This document shows, one piece after another, positions 13,738-27,541 of a DNA stretch of 64,000 nucleotides; position 1 is the stretch's first letter, and each line of letters opens with the position of its first letter. The DNA is taken from contig OZ024758.1 of the NCBI GenBank assembly GCA_964016885.1, positions 11,160,001 to 11,224,000 on the forward strand, given 5' to 3'. The notes below the pieces were generated by a model. The model had not been told where the DNA came from, ran no database searches, and saw only the letters and a program-made list of their open reading frames with translations. This stretch comes from Eledone cirrhosa (lineage: Eukaryota). The position numbers were made by a program, and so were the translations under genes.

Positions 13738-14064
13738 AGGCACATGGCTTAGTGGTTAGAGCATTGGGCTTGCAATCGAAAGGTTGTGAGTTCAATTCTC
13801 AGACCGGGTGATGTGTTGTTTTCTTAAGCAAGACACTTTATTTCACATTGCTCCAGTTTACTCAGCTGTAGAAATGAGATGATAGGGACTAGGGTCCCTA
13901 TCATTCCACTGTAAAGTGGTCATGGAGGTGCCATGGCAAAAAAGCACCCAGCACTCACTGTAAATGAGGTTGGTGTTAGGAAGGGCATCCAGCTGTAGAA
14001 ATCAAGCCAGGATCAGTTCCCGTCCCACCCTTGCAAGCACAGAAAAGCGGACGTAAAATGAAAT
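13736..14064 (+). mobile_element. tRNA-derived SINE family A with RTE-like tail
   Basis: A box TGGCTTAGTGG, B-box-like GAGTTCAATTC, core (G)AGCAAGACACTTTATTTC, tail GGAAGGGCATCCAGCTGTAGAAA...GGACGTAAAATG. Confidence 0.88.
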
Positions 14065-14070
14065 CAAAAT

Positions 14071-14110
<40 letters not shown>

Positions 14111-14402
14111 AATAAATAACAAAGAACGCTTATAGCATATGCATATCTTTACTTGCTGACATTGTTTCATCCGCACTATAAGTGGGACTCATCAGAGCAT
14201 AAAGGTTAATTACATACCATACAAGCAATAACAAATCCAAGACATTGAAGAATGAAAGGTAATAATAGACGATAGAGGATAAGAATAAAAATAAAAATAA
14301 AAGTAAAAATAAAAATAAAAATAAAAATAAGGGGTGCTATCAGTGTGTGTGTGTGTTTGTCTATATATATGCCTGAGAGAGTGTGTGTGTGTATATATAT
14401 AT

Positions 14403-14759
14403 GGAGGCACATGGCTTAGAGCTTGCAATCGAAAGGTTGTAAGTTCAATTCTCAGACTGGGTGATGCGTTGTTTCCTTAAAGACACTTTATTTCACATTT
14501 ATTTCACAGCTGTAGAAATGAGATGATAGGGACCCCAGTCCCTATCATTCCACTGCAAAGTGGTCGTGGCGGTGCCACAGCAAAAAAGCACCCAGCCCAC
14601 ACACTGTAAAGTGGACGTGTAGGCGCCACAGAAAAAAAGCACCCAGCACTCACTGTAAATGAGGTTGGTGTTAGGAAGGGCTTCCAGCTGTAGAAATCAA
14701 GCTAGAATCAGTTCCCGTTCCAAGCAGGGAAAAGCGGACGTAAAATGATGATGATGATG
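14403..14759 (+). mobile_element. SINE family A
   Basis: Same sequence with small deletions and two internal modules; (GAT)n tail. Confidence 0.85.
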
Positions 14760-14976
14760 TGTGTGTATGCATGTGTGTTTGTCTATATATATGTGCGAGA
14801 GTGTGTGTGTATGTATATATATATATGTGTGTGTGTGAGAGAGAGCTGGATTCTATTCTGTCTTATACAAATATAATTTACAACTTGTTTGAACCAACTG
14901 GCTTTATTCTGTTGATTATTTGCCAACCTAGCTTTTTCTGTAAATATCAACATCCCTGATTTAACATTTTAACTCT

Positions 14977-16405
14977 TAACGTCCTGTACCACATGAAGTC
15001 ACATTAGTAAGACTGACTTAACGTCCTGTACCACATGAAGTCACATTAGTAAGACTGACGTAACGTCCTGTACCACATGAAACGACATTAGGAAGACTGA
15101 CTTAACGTCCTGTACCACACGAAGCCACATTAGTAAGACTGACATAACGTCCTGTACCACGCGAAGTCACATTAGTAAGACTGACTAAACGTCCTGTACC
15201 ACATGAAGCCACATTAGTAAGACTGACTAAACGTCCTGTACCACATGAAGCCACATTAGTAAGACTGACTAAACATCCTGTACCACATGAAGCCACATTA
15301 GTAAGACTGACATAACGTCCTGTACCACACGAAGTCACATTAGTAAGACTGACTTAACGTCCTGTACCACACGAAGTCACATTAGTAAGACTGACTTAAC
15401 GTCCTGTACCACATGAAGCCACATTATTAAGACTGACTAAACGTCCTGTACCACATGAAGTCACATTAGTAAGACTGACTAAACGTCCTGTACCACATGA
15501 AGTCACATTAGTAAGACTGACTAAACGTCCTGTACCACATGAAGCCACATTAGTGAGACTGACTAAACGTCCTGTACCACATGAAGCCACATTAGTAAGA
15601 CTGACTTAACGTCCTGTACCACACGAAGTCACATTAGTAAGACTGACTAAGCGTCCTGTACCACATGAAGCCACATTAGTGAGACTGACTTAACGTCCTG
15701 TACCACACGAAGTCACATTAGTAAGACTGACTAAACGTCCTGTACCACATGAAGCCACATTAGTAAGACTGACTAAACGTCCTGTACCACATGAAGCCAC
15801 ATTAGTAAGACTGACTAAACGTCCTGTACCACATGAAGCCACATTAGTGAGACTGACTAAACGTCCTGTACCACATGAAGCCACATTACTAAGACTGACT
15901 TAACGTCCTGTACCACATGAAGCCACATTAGTAAGACTGACTAAACGTCCTGTACCACATGAAGTCACATTAGTAAGACTGATATAACGTCCTGTACCAC
16001 ATGAAACGACATTAGTAAGACTGACATAACGTCCTGTACCACATGAAACGACATTAGGAAGACTGACTTAACGTCCTGTACCACACGAAGCCACATTAGT
16101 AAGACTGACATAACGTCCTGTACCACATGAAGACACATTAGTAAGACTGACTTAACGTCCTGTACCACATGAAGCCACATTAGTAAGACTGACTAAACGT
16201 CCTGTACCACATGAAGCCACATTAGTAAGACTGACATAACGTCCTGTACCACATGAAGCCACATTAGTAAGACTGACATAACGTCCTGTACCACATGAAA
16301 CGACATTAGTAAGACTGACTTAACGTCCTGTACCACACGAAGCCACATTAATAAGACTGATATGATATAACGTCCTGTACCACATGAAGCCACATTAATA
16401 AGACT
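14977..16405. repeat. ~42-bp minisatellite, ~34 copies
   Basis: TAACGTCCTGTACCACATGAAGCCACATTAGTAAGACTGACT. Confidence 0.97.
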
Positions 16406-16604
16406 AAAACTGTCTGAAACTGCCCATGGTTCTGCAATACTGGTGATGATAATGGTGATGATGGTAGTGTTGGTGATGAAGGTGGTGATGACAGGGGTGG
16501 TGGTGATGATGGGGGTGGTGGTGATGATGGGGGGTGGTGGTGGTCGTGGTGGTGATGATGGTGATGGTAAGCCTACTGGAATTCAAACTGGGCATCAAAC
16601 ACAC

Positions 16605-16672
16605 CTTGTGAGAGGAAGGGACATTAAAGAGGTACCTACATATGACGTGTATTGCCACCCCTCTGCCTTCTT
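16605..16672 (-). CDS. Candidate 68-bp internal exon (EGRGVAIHVICRYLFNVPSSHK)
   Basis: T-rich acceptor ...ATTAATCTCAG|, donor AAG|GTGTGT; phase-compatible with 21132-21180. Confidence 0.25.
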
Positions 16673-17145
16673 CTGAGATTAATATTTAAAAATAAAAATA
16701 TAAAAACCACAACAAAAATCTCAACACTGGTTAACAAAGATTACTGACACACAAGGATTATCTCCAACAGTTCAAGGACAACAGAGAATTAACAACTTCC
16801 ATTTAAGGACAACATTAAACACACTTTATATATTACATATATCTCTATTTATTCTAATAAAAGCAATCAAGTTAATATAATTATTGTCTGATGCTAAATG
16901 GTTTCTAAAATTGAAGTTTTAATCACAAAAATGTCTGGGTTGTAAATATTTTATACACGTTTCATTAAATATAATTTTACGTTAGAATTTCAAAACCAAT
17001 TAATTATTTATAAAGAGAACTAAGGAATTCCCTTCACAACCTTGTAACTTTTGAGTTCAATTCCACAGTGTGACACATTGAGCAAGGGTTATCCGCTATA
17101 GCCTGAGGGTGACATTTGGTAAGCAAGAAACTGTGTGAAAGTGCA

Positions 17146-17182
<37 letters not shown>

Positions 17183-18267
17183 TAGTCCTATACAAGCGAG
17201 ACACGGTCACCCGACCAACCTTGCCTCAAGTGGGACAACTCCCATCTAACCCAAGCTAGTGTGGAATATAGACGTTAAATGATGATGATGATGAAGATAT
17301 ATATATATATATATAAACAACCATCCTGTTATTGAACCAACCAACCAACCAACCAGAAATTTATAATAAATTGAAGTGAAAACAAACAAGTGCGTGTGTT
17401 TTTATTGGCAACATGACCCTCCCAAAGTATAACTATATCTGTTTCAACACACGTTTTCAGATAAGAAATCTTGCAAAACAAATTCAAAAACGAAATATAT
17501 ATATATATATATTTCTTTTTGAAATTATTTTAAAATTATAAACACTGTTTTTCATTAGAAATATGGTAAAGGATTACGATATACCATCTCTTGTCGTTTT
17601 TTTATAAACTACTATTTTGCACTTATTTTTATGTTAACATAACAGGATGACATTTGTAGATTTGGATTTCTGCTGAGTCATACATTTTACAGCTGGATGC
17701 CCCTTCTGTTATTGAAAACTGAACCATGAATTAGTTTCAACTTCACTGAAGTGAAGTGAATCAGGAATGGATATAAAAACACAATGTCATAAATGAAGAA
17801 GAATAAAATGTCTTTCTTTCCTAAAGGTTAAAGGTTATTACTGTTGTTGTTGTTGTTGTTGTTGTTTAGTTCCAGGTTGAGCTGTATTAACCCATAGGCA
17901 GGTTCCTGAGCTTTCAGGTAAGTCAAACCCTACCCTCTCTGGCACTACATAAAAAAAAAAAAAACCCATTGATGGGTCCAATGCTTCAGCCTAGTCAGCC
18001 TTATTAATAATACAGCCCTGATAAAAGGTATTCTTGTCACAAACAGCCCTGAATAAAGTTATCCCAGCCATAAACAACCCTGGTTAAAAGTATTCCAGCC
18101 ATAAACAACCCCTTTTTCTACATCCAGGACCACATTATCCAGTGTGTCCTCTTATATATTTTTTAAACCAGTATTTGATGTGAGGGAGATTTCACTGTTA
18201 TTTCCAGCAAGTCAAGCAACCATGTAGAGTATCTCTCAATGAAAGATCATATTATTATTATTATTTG

Positions 18268-18637
18268 GCAGTATCGGTAGAGGGTCGGACACCATGCTTT
18301 CCAGCATAGTTACGTCTCTTTACGATCTGAGTTCAAATCCCGCCGAGGTTGACTTTGCTTTCATCCTTACGGGGTTGATAAAATAAAGTACCAGTAATGT
18401 ACTGAGGTAATTGCTGGCCTTGTGCCAAAAAGTAGAAACAATTATTATTATTGCCAGTATCAATAGAGAGTCGGATGCAAGCTTTACAGCATAGAGTTTC
18501 GGCCCTTTACGGTCTGATTTCAAATCCCACTGAGTTTAACTTTGCCTTTCATCCTTACGGAGTCAATAAAATAAAGTACCAGTCATGTACTTGGTAATTG
18601 CTGGCCTTGTGCCAAAAGTAGAAACAATTATTATTAT
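18268..18637 (+). mobile_element. SINE-like family B, two tandem copies
   Basis: Head-to-tail copies of ~185 bp joined at the (ATT)n tail. Confidence 0.85.
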
Positions 18638-19182
18638 AATCCCCTAACACTCCCATCATTTCCCAACCTGGGCCCCACACACCATCACCACCACAATCTA
18701 AACCTTAAGTCACTACAGTTCTCCCACCTCCACCAACACCACTACCAGTCACCACCAACACCACCATTCACACCACTAACACCACCACCACCACCACACC
18801 TCCACAAACCACCACCAGTCCCCACCATTCACACCACCAACACCACCACCACCACACACCTCCACAAACCACCACCAGTCCCCACCACTCACACCACCAC
18901 CAACACACACCTTCACAAACCACCACCACCAGTCCCCACCACCACCACCACCAGTCCTTATATGAACTATTTACTAATATTCAAGCTTAATAACTACTTA
19001 GTATGATTTAAGTCTTTCTCTGTTGTAATCATTATGTACTAAGATTAAGTCACACACGTGTAAACACACACACATACAGTCACACACATACACACACATG
19101 TAGACACACACGTAGTCACACATGTACACACACAGTCACACAGATACAGAATTACACATCACATCAACAGGACAATATAAAT

Positions 19183-19216
<34 letters not shown>

Positions 19217-19376
19217 CATGTACTATTAGTGTGTGTGTGTGTGTGAAAATATGTGTTTATGTATATGTATAAATGTAGTTTTCTTTTTAGTGTTAAATCA
19301 AGGAGGTAAGGGCTGGCTGAGCTTATGGCCCCTTTTTTTCAGGGTCTCCAAGATTGTTGGGAAGGAAGTGGGGAAT

Positions 19377-19472
19377 CAGAGCTGGACTTTCACCAGTGGA
19401 GACCCTAAGCTATAAGAAATTTGAGGCCCTTCACTAAAAAAATATTTATATATTTATGTTAATGATAAAGAG

Positions 19473-19511
<39 letters not shown>

Positions 19512-19959
19512 AAAATGTTAGACCCCGACGGCAGAGCTCAAACCGTTTCGACGGCTATGTCGAAACAGCTTGAGCTCAGCCGTCGGGGTCTAACATTTTC
19601 CTATTACCCACTCTACTACCCTAAGTATTGAGTACTCTGGTGCGTTATCGTCCATCTGGTTCCTTACCTCACCTCCTTCGTTATATATATATATATATAC
19701 ATACATACATACATATACTCGAAGCTATATACACACACACATATATATACATACATAGTAATCCATTTCATATAATACATACATATTCTCAAAGCTATAT
19801 ATATCATCATCATCATTTAACGTCCATCTTCCACGCTAGCGTGGGTTTGGACGGCATATATATATACACACATATATATACACATACACACATATATATA
19901 TATATATATATATACATACATAGTAATCCATTTCATATAATACATACATATACTCAAAG

Positions 19960-20004
<45 letters not shown>

Positions 20005-20059
20005 TATATATATATACACATAGTAACCCATTTCATATAATACATACATATACTCAAAG

Positions 20060-20106
<47 letters not shown>

Positions 20107-20246
20107 TATATATATATACATACATAGTAACCCATTTCATATAATACATACATATACTCAAAGCTATATATATATATATATACACACACATATATATATA
20201 CACACATAGTAATCCATTTCATATAATACATACATATACTCAAAGC

Positions 20247-20282
<36 letters not shown>

Positions 20283-20422
20283 TATATATTTTTTTTTTAT
20301 GATTTAATATTAAAGAATAAAAATTAATGATAAAATAAAAAAAATATTTTTAAAAATGAGGTCCCCGAGAGTGTTTGGCCCTAAACTATAGCTTACTTAG
20401 CTTATAGGTAAGTCCAACACTG
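19377..20422. mobile_element. Old hAT-like MITE with nested insertions
   Basis: Imperfect TIR CAGAGCTGGACTT / AAGTCCAACACTG; flanks TGGGGAAT and CAGGGAAC could be a decayed 8-bp TSD. Confidence 0.45.
19510..19682. mobile_element. Hairpin+tail element in (TA)n, family 1, copy 1
   Basis: 43-nt inverted arms (19510-19601, 3 mismatches) then conserved ~80-nt tail TATTACCCACTCTACTACCCTAAGTATTGAGTAC... Confidence 0.8.
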
Positions 20423-20587
20423 CAGGGAACTATCCTTAAACAGGGAACCTAGTCCAAATACTTGCAACAGGGTGGACTTGCAAGTACCATGTGGTAGTGT
20501 AAAACTGGGTGAAGGTTTAAATAATAGTTTGGGCTCATGTTATTTAGTTATGAGTGAATGTATCTCTGTATATAGATCCGAGGTGTG

Positions 20588-20682
20588 TAGGCTGTCCCAA
20601 AATAATGTATACACACTTTGATTACCGGTAGAGGCAATATCTATTAGAATGTTGTTGAAGTGTGTATACATTTCTTTGGGAC

Positions 20683-20730
<48 letters not shown>

Positions 20731-20851
20731 GAGAGAGAGAGAGAGAAAATGTAAAAAGTAAAAGTGATATATACAGGGTGTCCCCTAAAAATGTGTACAC
20801 ACTTCAACACTAGATAACTCAAAGTGTGTATACATTTTTTCAGACATCCTG
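20588..20851. mobile_element. Two Tc1/mariner-like MITEs (20588-20688, 20774-20851)
   Basis: TIRs CAGGGTGTCCC...AATGTATACACACTT / AAGTGTGTATACATT...GGGACACCCT in TA context. Confidence 0.7.
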
Positions 20852-20881
20852 TGAATATAAATATATATATATATTTTTATA

Positions 20882-20938
<57 letters not shown>

Positions 20939-21131
20939 GTGTGTGTATATATATACATATATATATGTGTATGTAAAAAGTAAAAGTGATATATATATAT
21001 ATATATACACTGACACACAATGTAAATGAATTAATGTATATATGTATATATATGTTTGAATACACAACTTAACACCTTTTTCTTACATAACAAAAATATA
21101 AAAACTTAAAATAAGGAAATAATTCACTCAC

Positions 21132-21180
21132 CTGGATTATTTATACCAGATACTTTTATATTCACATCTTTGTATAATTC
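21132..21180 (-). CDS. Candidate 49-bp internal exon ([16 protein letters not shown])
   Basis: GTACAG| acceptor, strong CAG|GTGAGT donor, open frame; no homology confirmed. Confidence 0.3.
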
Positions 21181-21182
21181 CT

Positions 21183-21223
<41 letters not shown>

Positions 21224-21397
21224 CTTTGTACTGATGTATATATATATAGTATGTATATGTATATATATATATATATATATATTACTTTGTACTGATGTAT
21301 ATATATATAGTATGTAGAAATGTATTGATGTGTCTGTGTTTGTGTTTGTGTGTGTATATATATATTATATTGCTTGTATGTATGTAGATATGTACTG

Positions 21398-21437
<40 letters not shown>

Positions 21438-21629
21438 CTTTGTACTGATGTATATATATTTATATATTACGGTGTATATATATATATATATATTACTTGT
21501 ATGTATGTAGATATGTATTGATGTGTGTGTGTATATATATATATATTGATTGTATGTATGTAGATATGTACTGATGTGTGTATATATATATATATATATA
21601 TAACTTGTATGTATGTATATATGTATTTA

Positions 21630-21676
<47 letters not shown>

Positions 21677-23859
21677 CTTGTATGTATGTAGATATGTACT
21701 GATGTGTATGTATATATATATCTATATATATATTACTTGTATGTATGTAGATATGTATTGATGTGTGTATACATATATATATATAACTTGTATGTATGTA
21801 TATATGTATATATATATATATATGTAGGTATATATATATATATATATGTAGGTATATATCCGTTTATCTCAAGAATTCACAGGAAAATGATACTCAAATG
21901 AAAAAATAATGGGAAAAACCAATTTTAACAACATGTGGCGTGTTGTGGAATCAGAAAGAGATTGGGGAGGGTCTTGGCAGACAGAGATGTATGTGTAAGC
22001 CCAGTATATGAGATGATAGAAAGGAGAAAGAGAGAGTGTGGCCGAGAGAATGATAGAGAGGAAGAGAGAGAGAGAGAGAAAGAGAGAAAGGAAGAAGTGT
22101 GTTGTCAGGAAGACTGCGAAAATGTTGAAATGTTCACCCAATGTTTGTATAAAGCAAGCATGCGTCAAAATATCAGCTATTGATTTGGTGGGATAAACAT
22201 GGAGATGTGTGTGGTGTATGTGTGTGTGTGTGGTGTGTGTGTGAGAGTGAGTGTGTGGTGTGTGTGTGTGTGTGTGGTGTGTGTGTGGTGTGTGTGGTGT
22301 GAGAGTGAGTGTGTGGTGTGTGAGTGAGTGATAAACATGGAGATGTGTGTGTGGTGTGTGAGTGAGTGGGTGGTGTGTGACTGCTTGTGTGTGTGGTGTG
22401 TGTGACTGCTTGTGTGTGTGGTGTGTGTGTGTGAGTGAGTGTGAGTGAGTGTGTGGTGTGTGTGTGTGAGTGAGTGTGTGGTGTGTGTGTGTGAGTGAGT
22501 GTGTGGTGTGTGAGTGAGTGTGTGGTGTGTGTGTGTGAGTGAGTGAGTGGTGTGTGTGGTGTGTGACTGGGTGTGTGTGGTGTGGGAGTGAGTGTGTGTG
22601 TGAGTGAGTGTGTGTGTGGTGTGTGAGTGGTGTGTGTGGGTGAGTGACTGCTTGTGTGTGGTGTGTGAGTGACTGCTTGTGTGTGGTGTGTGAGTGACTG
22701 CTTGCGTGTGGTCTGTGTGTGTGTGATGTGTATGAGTGAGTGACTGCTTGTGTGTGTGTGAGTGACTGTGACTTTTGACTTGTGTGCCTGTATGTATATA
22801 TGTATGAATGTTTGCGTGTGTGTGTGTATATATATGAATGTTTGTGTGTATATGAGTGTGTGTGTGTGTGTGTCAGTACTGCTGTCTATATGTGTATGTC
22901 AGTGCTACTGTCTATTTGTGTGTGTCAGTGTGTGTGTGTGTGTGTGTGTGTATGTCAGTACTGCTCTGTATATGTGTGTCAGTGTATGTCAGTGCTACTG
23001 TCTATATGTATGTCAGTGCTACTGTCTATATATGTGTGTCAGTGTGTGTGTGTGTATGTCAGTGCTACTGTCTATATGTGTGTATATCAGTGCTACTGTC
23101 TATATGTGTGTATGTCAGTGTGTGTGTGTGTGTAGTGCTACTGTCTATATGTATGTCAGTGCTGCCGTCAGTGTATGTCAGTGTGTCAGTGTGTGTGTGT
23201 GTGTGTGTATGTCAGTGCTACTGTCTATATATCAGTGTCAGTGCTACTGTCTATGTGTGTGTATGTCAGTGTGTGTGTGTCAGTGCTACTGTCTATGTGT
23301 ATGTCTATGTGTATGTCAGTGTATGTCAGTGCTGCTGTCTATGTGTGTGTGTGTCAGTGCTACTCTCTATATGTATGTCAGTGTATGTCAGTACTGTTCT
23401 CTATAAGATCACCTGCTGCACAGATAACAAGTCTCAATATTTCTCCTCCATCACGATGTCACAAAGACTCCATCCCACCCCCACAACACCCACACTAGAG
23501 ATGTTGAAGGGGAGGGGTTGAAGGGACCCCCACACCACCACCACCACACACCACACTAAAGCCATGAGGGAGGTGATTCCACACCATATCCCCCCCCCAC
23601 CTCCCACCCCCTAGAGATGTGGAGGAAAAGACTCCATCCCACCCCACCACGCCATCCGCTACCTAAAGATATCAATGAAAGAAAGATTCTGTGTATGTGA
23701 TGGGAGGATGATTAATTTCTAGAAGGAACAGCTGTTCCCTTCACTCCCTTTTTATATCAACTTTAGTTTCCCTCAATTCATTAAGATAACGAATTAATTT
23801 TTATCTTAATGAATTGAAGGAATAAAAGCAGACAGACATTATATATATATATATATATA

Positions 23860-24050
23860 GGAACGAGTAGGACCCCGACGGCTGAGCTCAAGCCGTTTCG
23901 ATGGCTAATTCTGGACTGAATTAGCCGTCGAAACGACTTGAGCTCAGTCGTCGGGGTCCTACTCGTTCCTATTACCCACTCTACTACCCTAAGTATTGAG
24001 TACTTTGGTGCGTTATGGTCCACCTGGTTCCTTACCACATTTCCTTCGTT
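23860..24050. mobile_element. Hairpin+tail element, family 1, copy 2
   Basis: 52-nt arms (23860-23969, 3 mismatches), same tail, TA runs on both sides. Confidence 0.8.
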
Positions 24051-24115
24051 ATATATATAGATAGATAGATATATAGATAGATATACACACACACATATAT
24101 ATATATATATCTCAA

Positions 24116-24498
24116 CATCATCCTCATCATTTTACGTCCGCTTTTCCCTGCTTGCAAGGGTGGGACAGGAACTGATTCTGGCTTGATTTCTACAGCTGGA
24201 TGCCCTTCCTAACACCAACCTCATTTACAGTGAGTGCTGGGTGCTTTTTTTCTGCGGCGCCTACACGTTCACTTTTACAGTGTGGGTTGGGTGTTTTTTT
24301 GCCGTGGCACCTCCACAACCACTTTGCAGTGGAATGATAGGGACTCCTGTCCTATCATCTCATTTCTACAGCTGAGTAAACTGGAGCAATATGAAATAAA
24401 GTGTCTTGCTCAAGGAAACAACACATCACTTGGTCTGAGAATTGAACTCACAACCTTTCGATTGCAAGCCCAATGCTCTAACCACTAAGCCATGCGCC

Positions 24499-24501
<3 letters not shown>
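24116..24501 (-). mobile_element. SINE family A
   Basis: Reverse-complement copy, two internal modules. Confidence 0.88.
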
Positions 24502-24582
<81 letters not shown>

Positions 24583-24589
24583 TACATAT

Positions 24590-24644
<55 letters not shown>

Positions 24645-25473
24645 TTTGAGATGTTTGGTGGAGCGGGGACACAGACAGGGAAGTTCTTATCATTCGTAGC
24701 TCACCTTACCGAGGTCTCAGGTGATGTTTCTAGTGAGGGTGCCTGGCTGTTTCAGTTCCTTAGCCTCGCTATCACTTGGCCTTACTGAGGTATCAGGTGA
24801 TGCCTGTGAGGGTACTTAGTTATTTCAGCACCTTAGCCTCGCTACCACCCGTCAGAGTACTTGGTTGTTTCAGCATCTTAGCTTCGCTATCACATGTGAA
24901 AGAACTTGACTATTCCGTCTTAGACTCACTATCATCTGCAGCTTATTAGAATGAAGCACCAGCACCCCCATTTTGTGACACGTCATTAAGTCTGCATCTC
25001 TTCTCTCACTTATTGTTTTTTTTTCTTGATAAAATAAAACAGAAATCTGTTTTGTTGCTGTCTCTCTTATATTTAATTAAAATAAATGTAAGATATGTTA
25101 GGATACTTCAATTTGTTACTGGAGACATAGTTACAAACTTAGATTTAGTTTAATACTGAAGTATATAGATTAAATAAGAGAGTTACGTGAGAAGAAGACT
25201 AATGAAAATATGAGGAGAGAGAGAGCAGGGTGTGATGTAAATGGGAGAGGAAGCTAAGATGAAAAAATGATGAAGAAATTGTATAGATAAAAAAATATAT
25301 AAAATAAAACATATCTGACAAACAAATATATTTTTTAAAAACCAATCAGAAAATATTTAAAATATGAAAAAATGTACACCTGACTCACAATTATGTTAAG
25401 AAATATTTTTTAATTCCACCCAAACCACCACCTCCTGCAGTAATTATTCAGTAAATGAAACCATTAATGAACA

Positions 25474-25507
<34 letters not shown>

Positions 25508-25674
25508 GGAAAAGAGTCAGAACCCCGACGGCTGAGCTCCGCTAGTTTTGACAGCTAGATCTGAACGCAGAGTTTTGATCTAGCTGACTCTTTTCCTATT
25601 ACCCACTCTACTACCCTAAGTATTGAGTACTCTGGTGCGTTATGGTCCATCTGGTTTCTTACCACACTTCCTTC

Positions 25675-25678
<4 letters not shown>
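25508..25678. mobile_element. Hairpin+tail element, family 1, copy 3 (right arm internally deleted)
   Basis: GGAAAAGAGTCAG/CTGACTCTTTTCC outer stem, CAGCTAGATC/GATCTAGCTG inner stem, same tail. Confidence 0.75.
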
Positions 25679-25711
<33 letters not shown>

Positions 25712-25718
<7 letters not shown>

Positions 25719-25907
25719 TGTAATAAACAACATAAGGCAATTATTCCATTTACCAGTGGTTTCTTAAAAGCAAAAAAATTTTGCTTTCAATCATCAGAAT
25801 GAAAAAATCCTGGTGTGCATTCTGATGATTGAAAGCAACATTTTTTTGCTTTTAAGAAACCACTGGTAAATGAAATAATTGCATTATGTTGTTTATTACA
25901 TAACTAT
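25712..25907. repeat. Long inverted repeat, ~90-bp arms
   Basis: 25712-25801 pairs with 25818-25907 with few mismatches; 16-nt loop. Confidence 0.9.
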
Positions 25908-26103
25908 TAAGCTCTGTTACCTACATAGAGCACTCTTTTTTTTTTTCCTGGACTTTTCCGACGGAATTACTTCACACATATATATATATATATTGGTATC
26001 AAAAAGTGAAGTCATCCCACTGGATCTACCGGCTTCATTCAGTATATCTCCTGCACAGCAAATGTTCAATATATCAGGAATTAACATTTACCAGCGGCAT
26101 AGT

Positions 26104-26143
<40 letters not shown>

Positions 26144-26717
26144 ATAAATTTATTTAACTGCTCTGTAAAACAACTGATGTTCATACATTGAGCTATTTCT
26201 CTTACTGGTAATAAGGTAATTAAGAAATTACTGCCCTTCCTGTTTATGGTTGTTTATACTATATACATAACTATAAATAGTATTATTATTATTTATAGTT
26301 ATGTGAATTTCATATATCTAAAGATATATGGTATATGTTTAATAAATGTACATTTTGAAAGCCCAGCTTTTTGAAAGCCCAGACATATTGAAAGTCTGAC
26401 AGCCAGTGCCGTCTAGTGGATTCCAGCAGAAGTAGCGGGGGGATAACTGTCTATGCACATTTCAAACTCTGGCTCTCATCTGGACTGTATTCAATCTTAA
26501 ATAATAAACAAGAGTTCAAACAATTGATATCAAAATCAGAGATTGAAGAATCAATCAGGTGAAGTAGATATGTTAAGTGAAGTAATTCTACAAGAATCAA
26601 TAGATATATTTCTGCCAAATATATCTCAGAAACATTAATGGAATTTTATTATTGAAACTTATATTCACAAATAACTTGGCTATGTTGTCGGTTATTTTAT
26701 CCGCCTTCCAGATTTCT

Positions 26718-27150
26718 CTCTCACCACATGTAACATGTAGTACACTAACACACACACACACAGCGTCACCATATGTAACATGTAGCACACCAACACACAG
26801 AGTCTCACCACATGTAACATGTAGCACACCAACACAGTCTCACCACATGTAACATGTAGTAGACCAACGCACACTCAGTCTCACCACATTTAACATGTAG
26901 TACACCAACAGTCTCACCACATGTAACATGTAGTACACCAACACACGCAGTCTCACCACATTTAACATGTAGTACACTAACACACACAGCCTCACCACAT
27001 TTAACATGTAGTAGTACACCAACACACACAGTCTCACCACATGTAACATGTAGTACATCAACACACAGTCTCACCACATGTAACATGTAGCACACCAATA
27101 CACACAGTTTACACACTCATGTCTCTCACCACATGTGGCATGTGGTGCAC
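26718..27150. repeat. ~35-42-bp degenerate minisatellite
   Basis: GTCTCACCACATGTAACATGTAGTACACCAACACA. Confidence 0.9.
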
Positions 27151-27541
27151 CAAAACAGTTTATATACAGATGTCTCTCACCACGTGACATGTAGTTCATC
27201 AACACACAGAGACCATACACTCTGTCATCATTGTTTCTACATATCCAGTATTTCACTAAGCGTCCCTTCTTGATGACAAATAGCACAGCTGCTGCTGCTG
27301 CTGCTGCTGCTAGAGAAGCAGGTTTAAAATGACTCAATATTTGGTTCCACTTCATTGGAAACACAATTGAAAATCTCACTGAGGTCAACTTTACCTTTCA
27401 TCTTTTCAACATCGATAAAGTACCAGTCCGGTACTAAAGTCCATTCTTCCTTCCCACCCACCCTCAATCTCCCTCTGGAAGAAATTAGCTATGTTCCAAT
27501 CTGGAGAAGGATGTGCTCTGTCAATATGAACCACACACACA

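Noticed and set aside
13736-13810. tRNA gene
   Set aside because: tRNA-like head of a multicopy SINE; continues into SINE core and tail
14977-16405. CRISPR-like arrays (also 1775-2692, 27542-28137, 52278-53684)
   Set aside because: Contiguous tandem units with no unique spacers, no cas genes, eukaryotic context
25389-25434. Minus-strand exon with CTGCAG acceptor and GTGAGT donor
   Set aside because: Stops in all three frames; cannot be supported as coding
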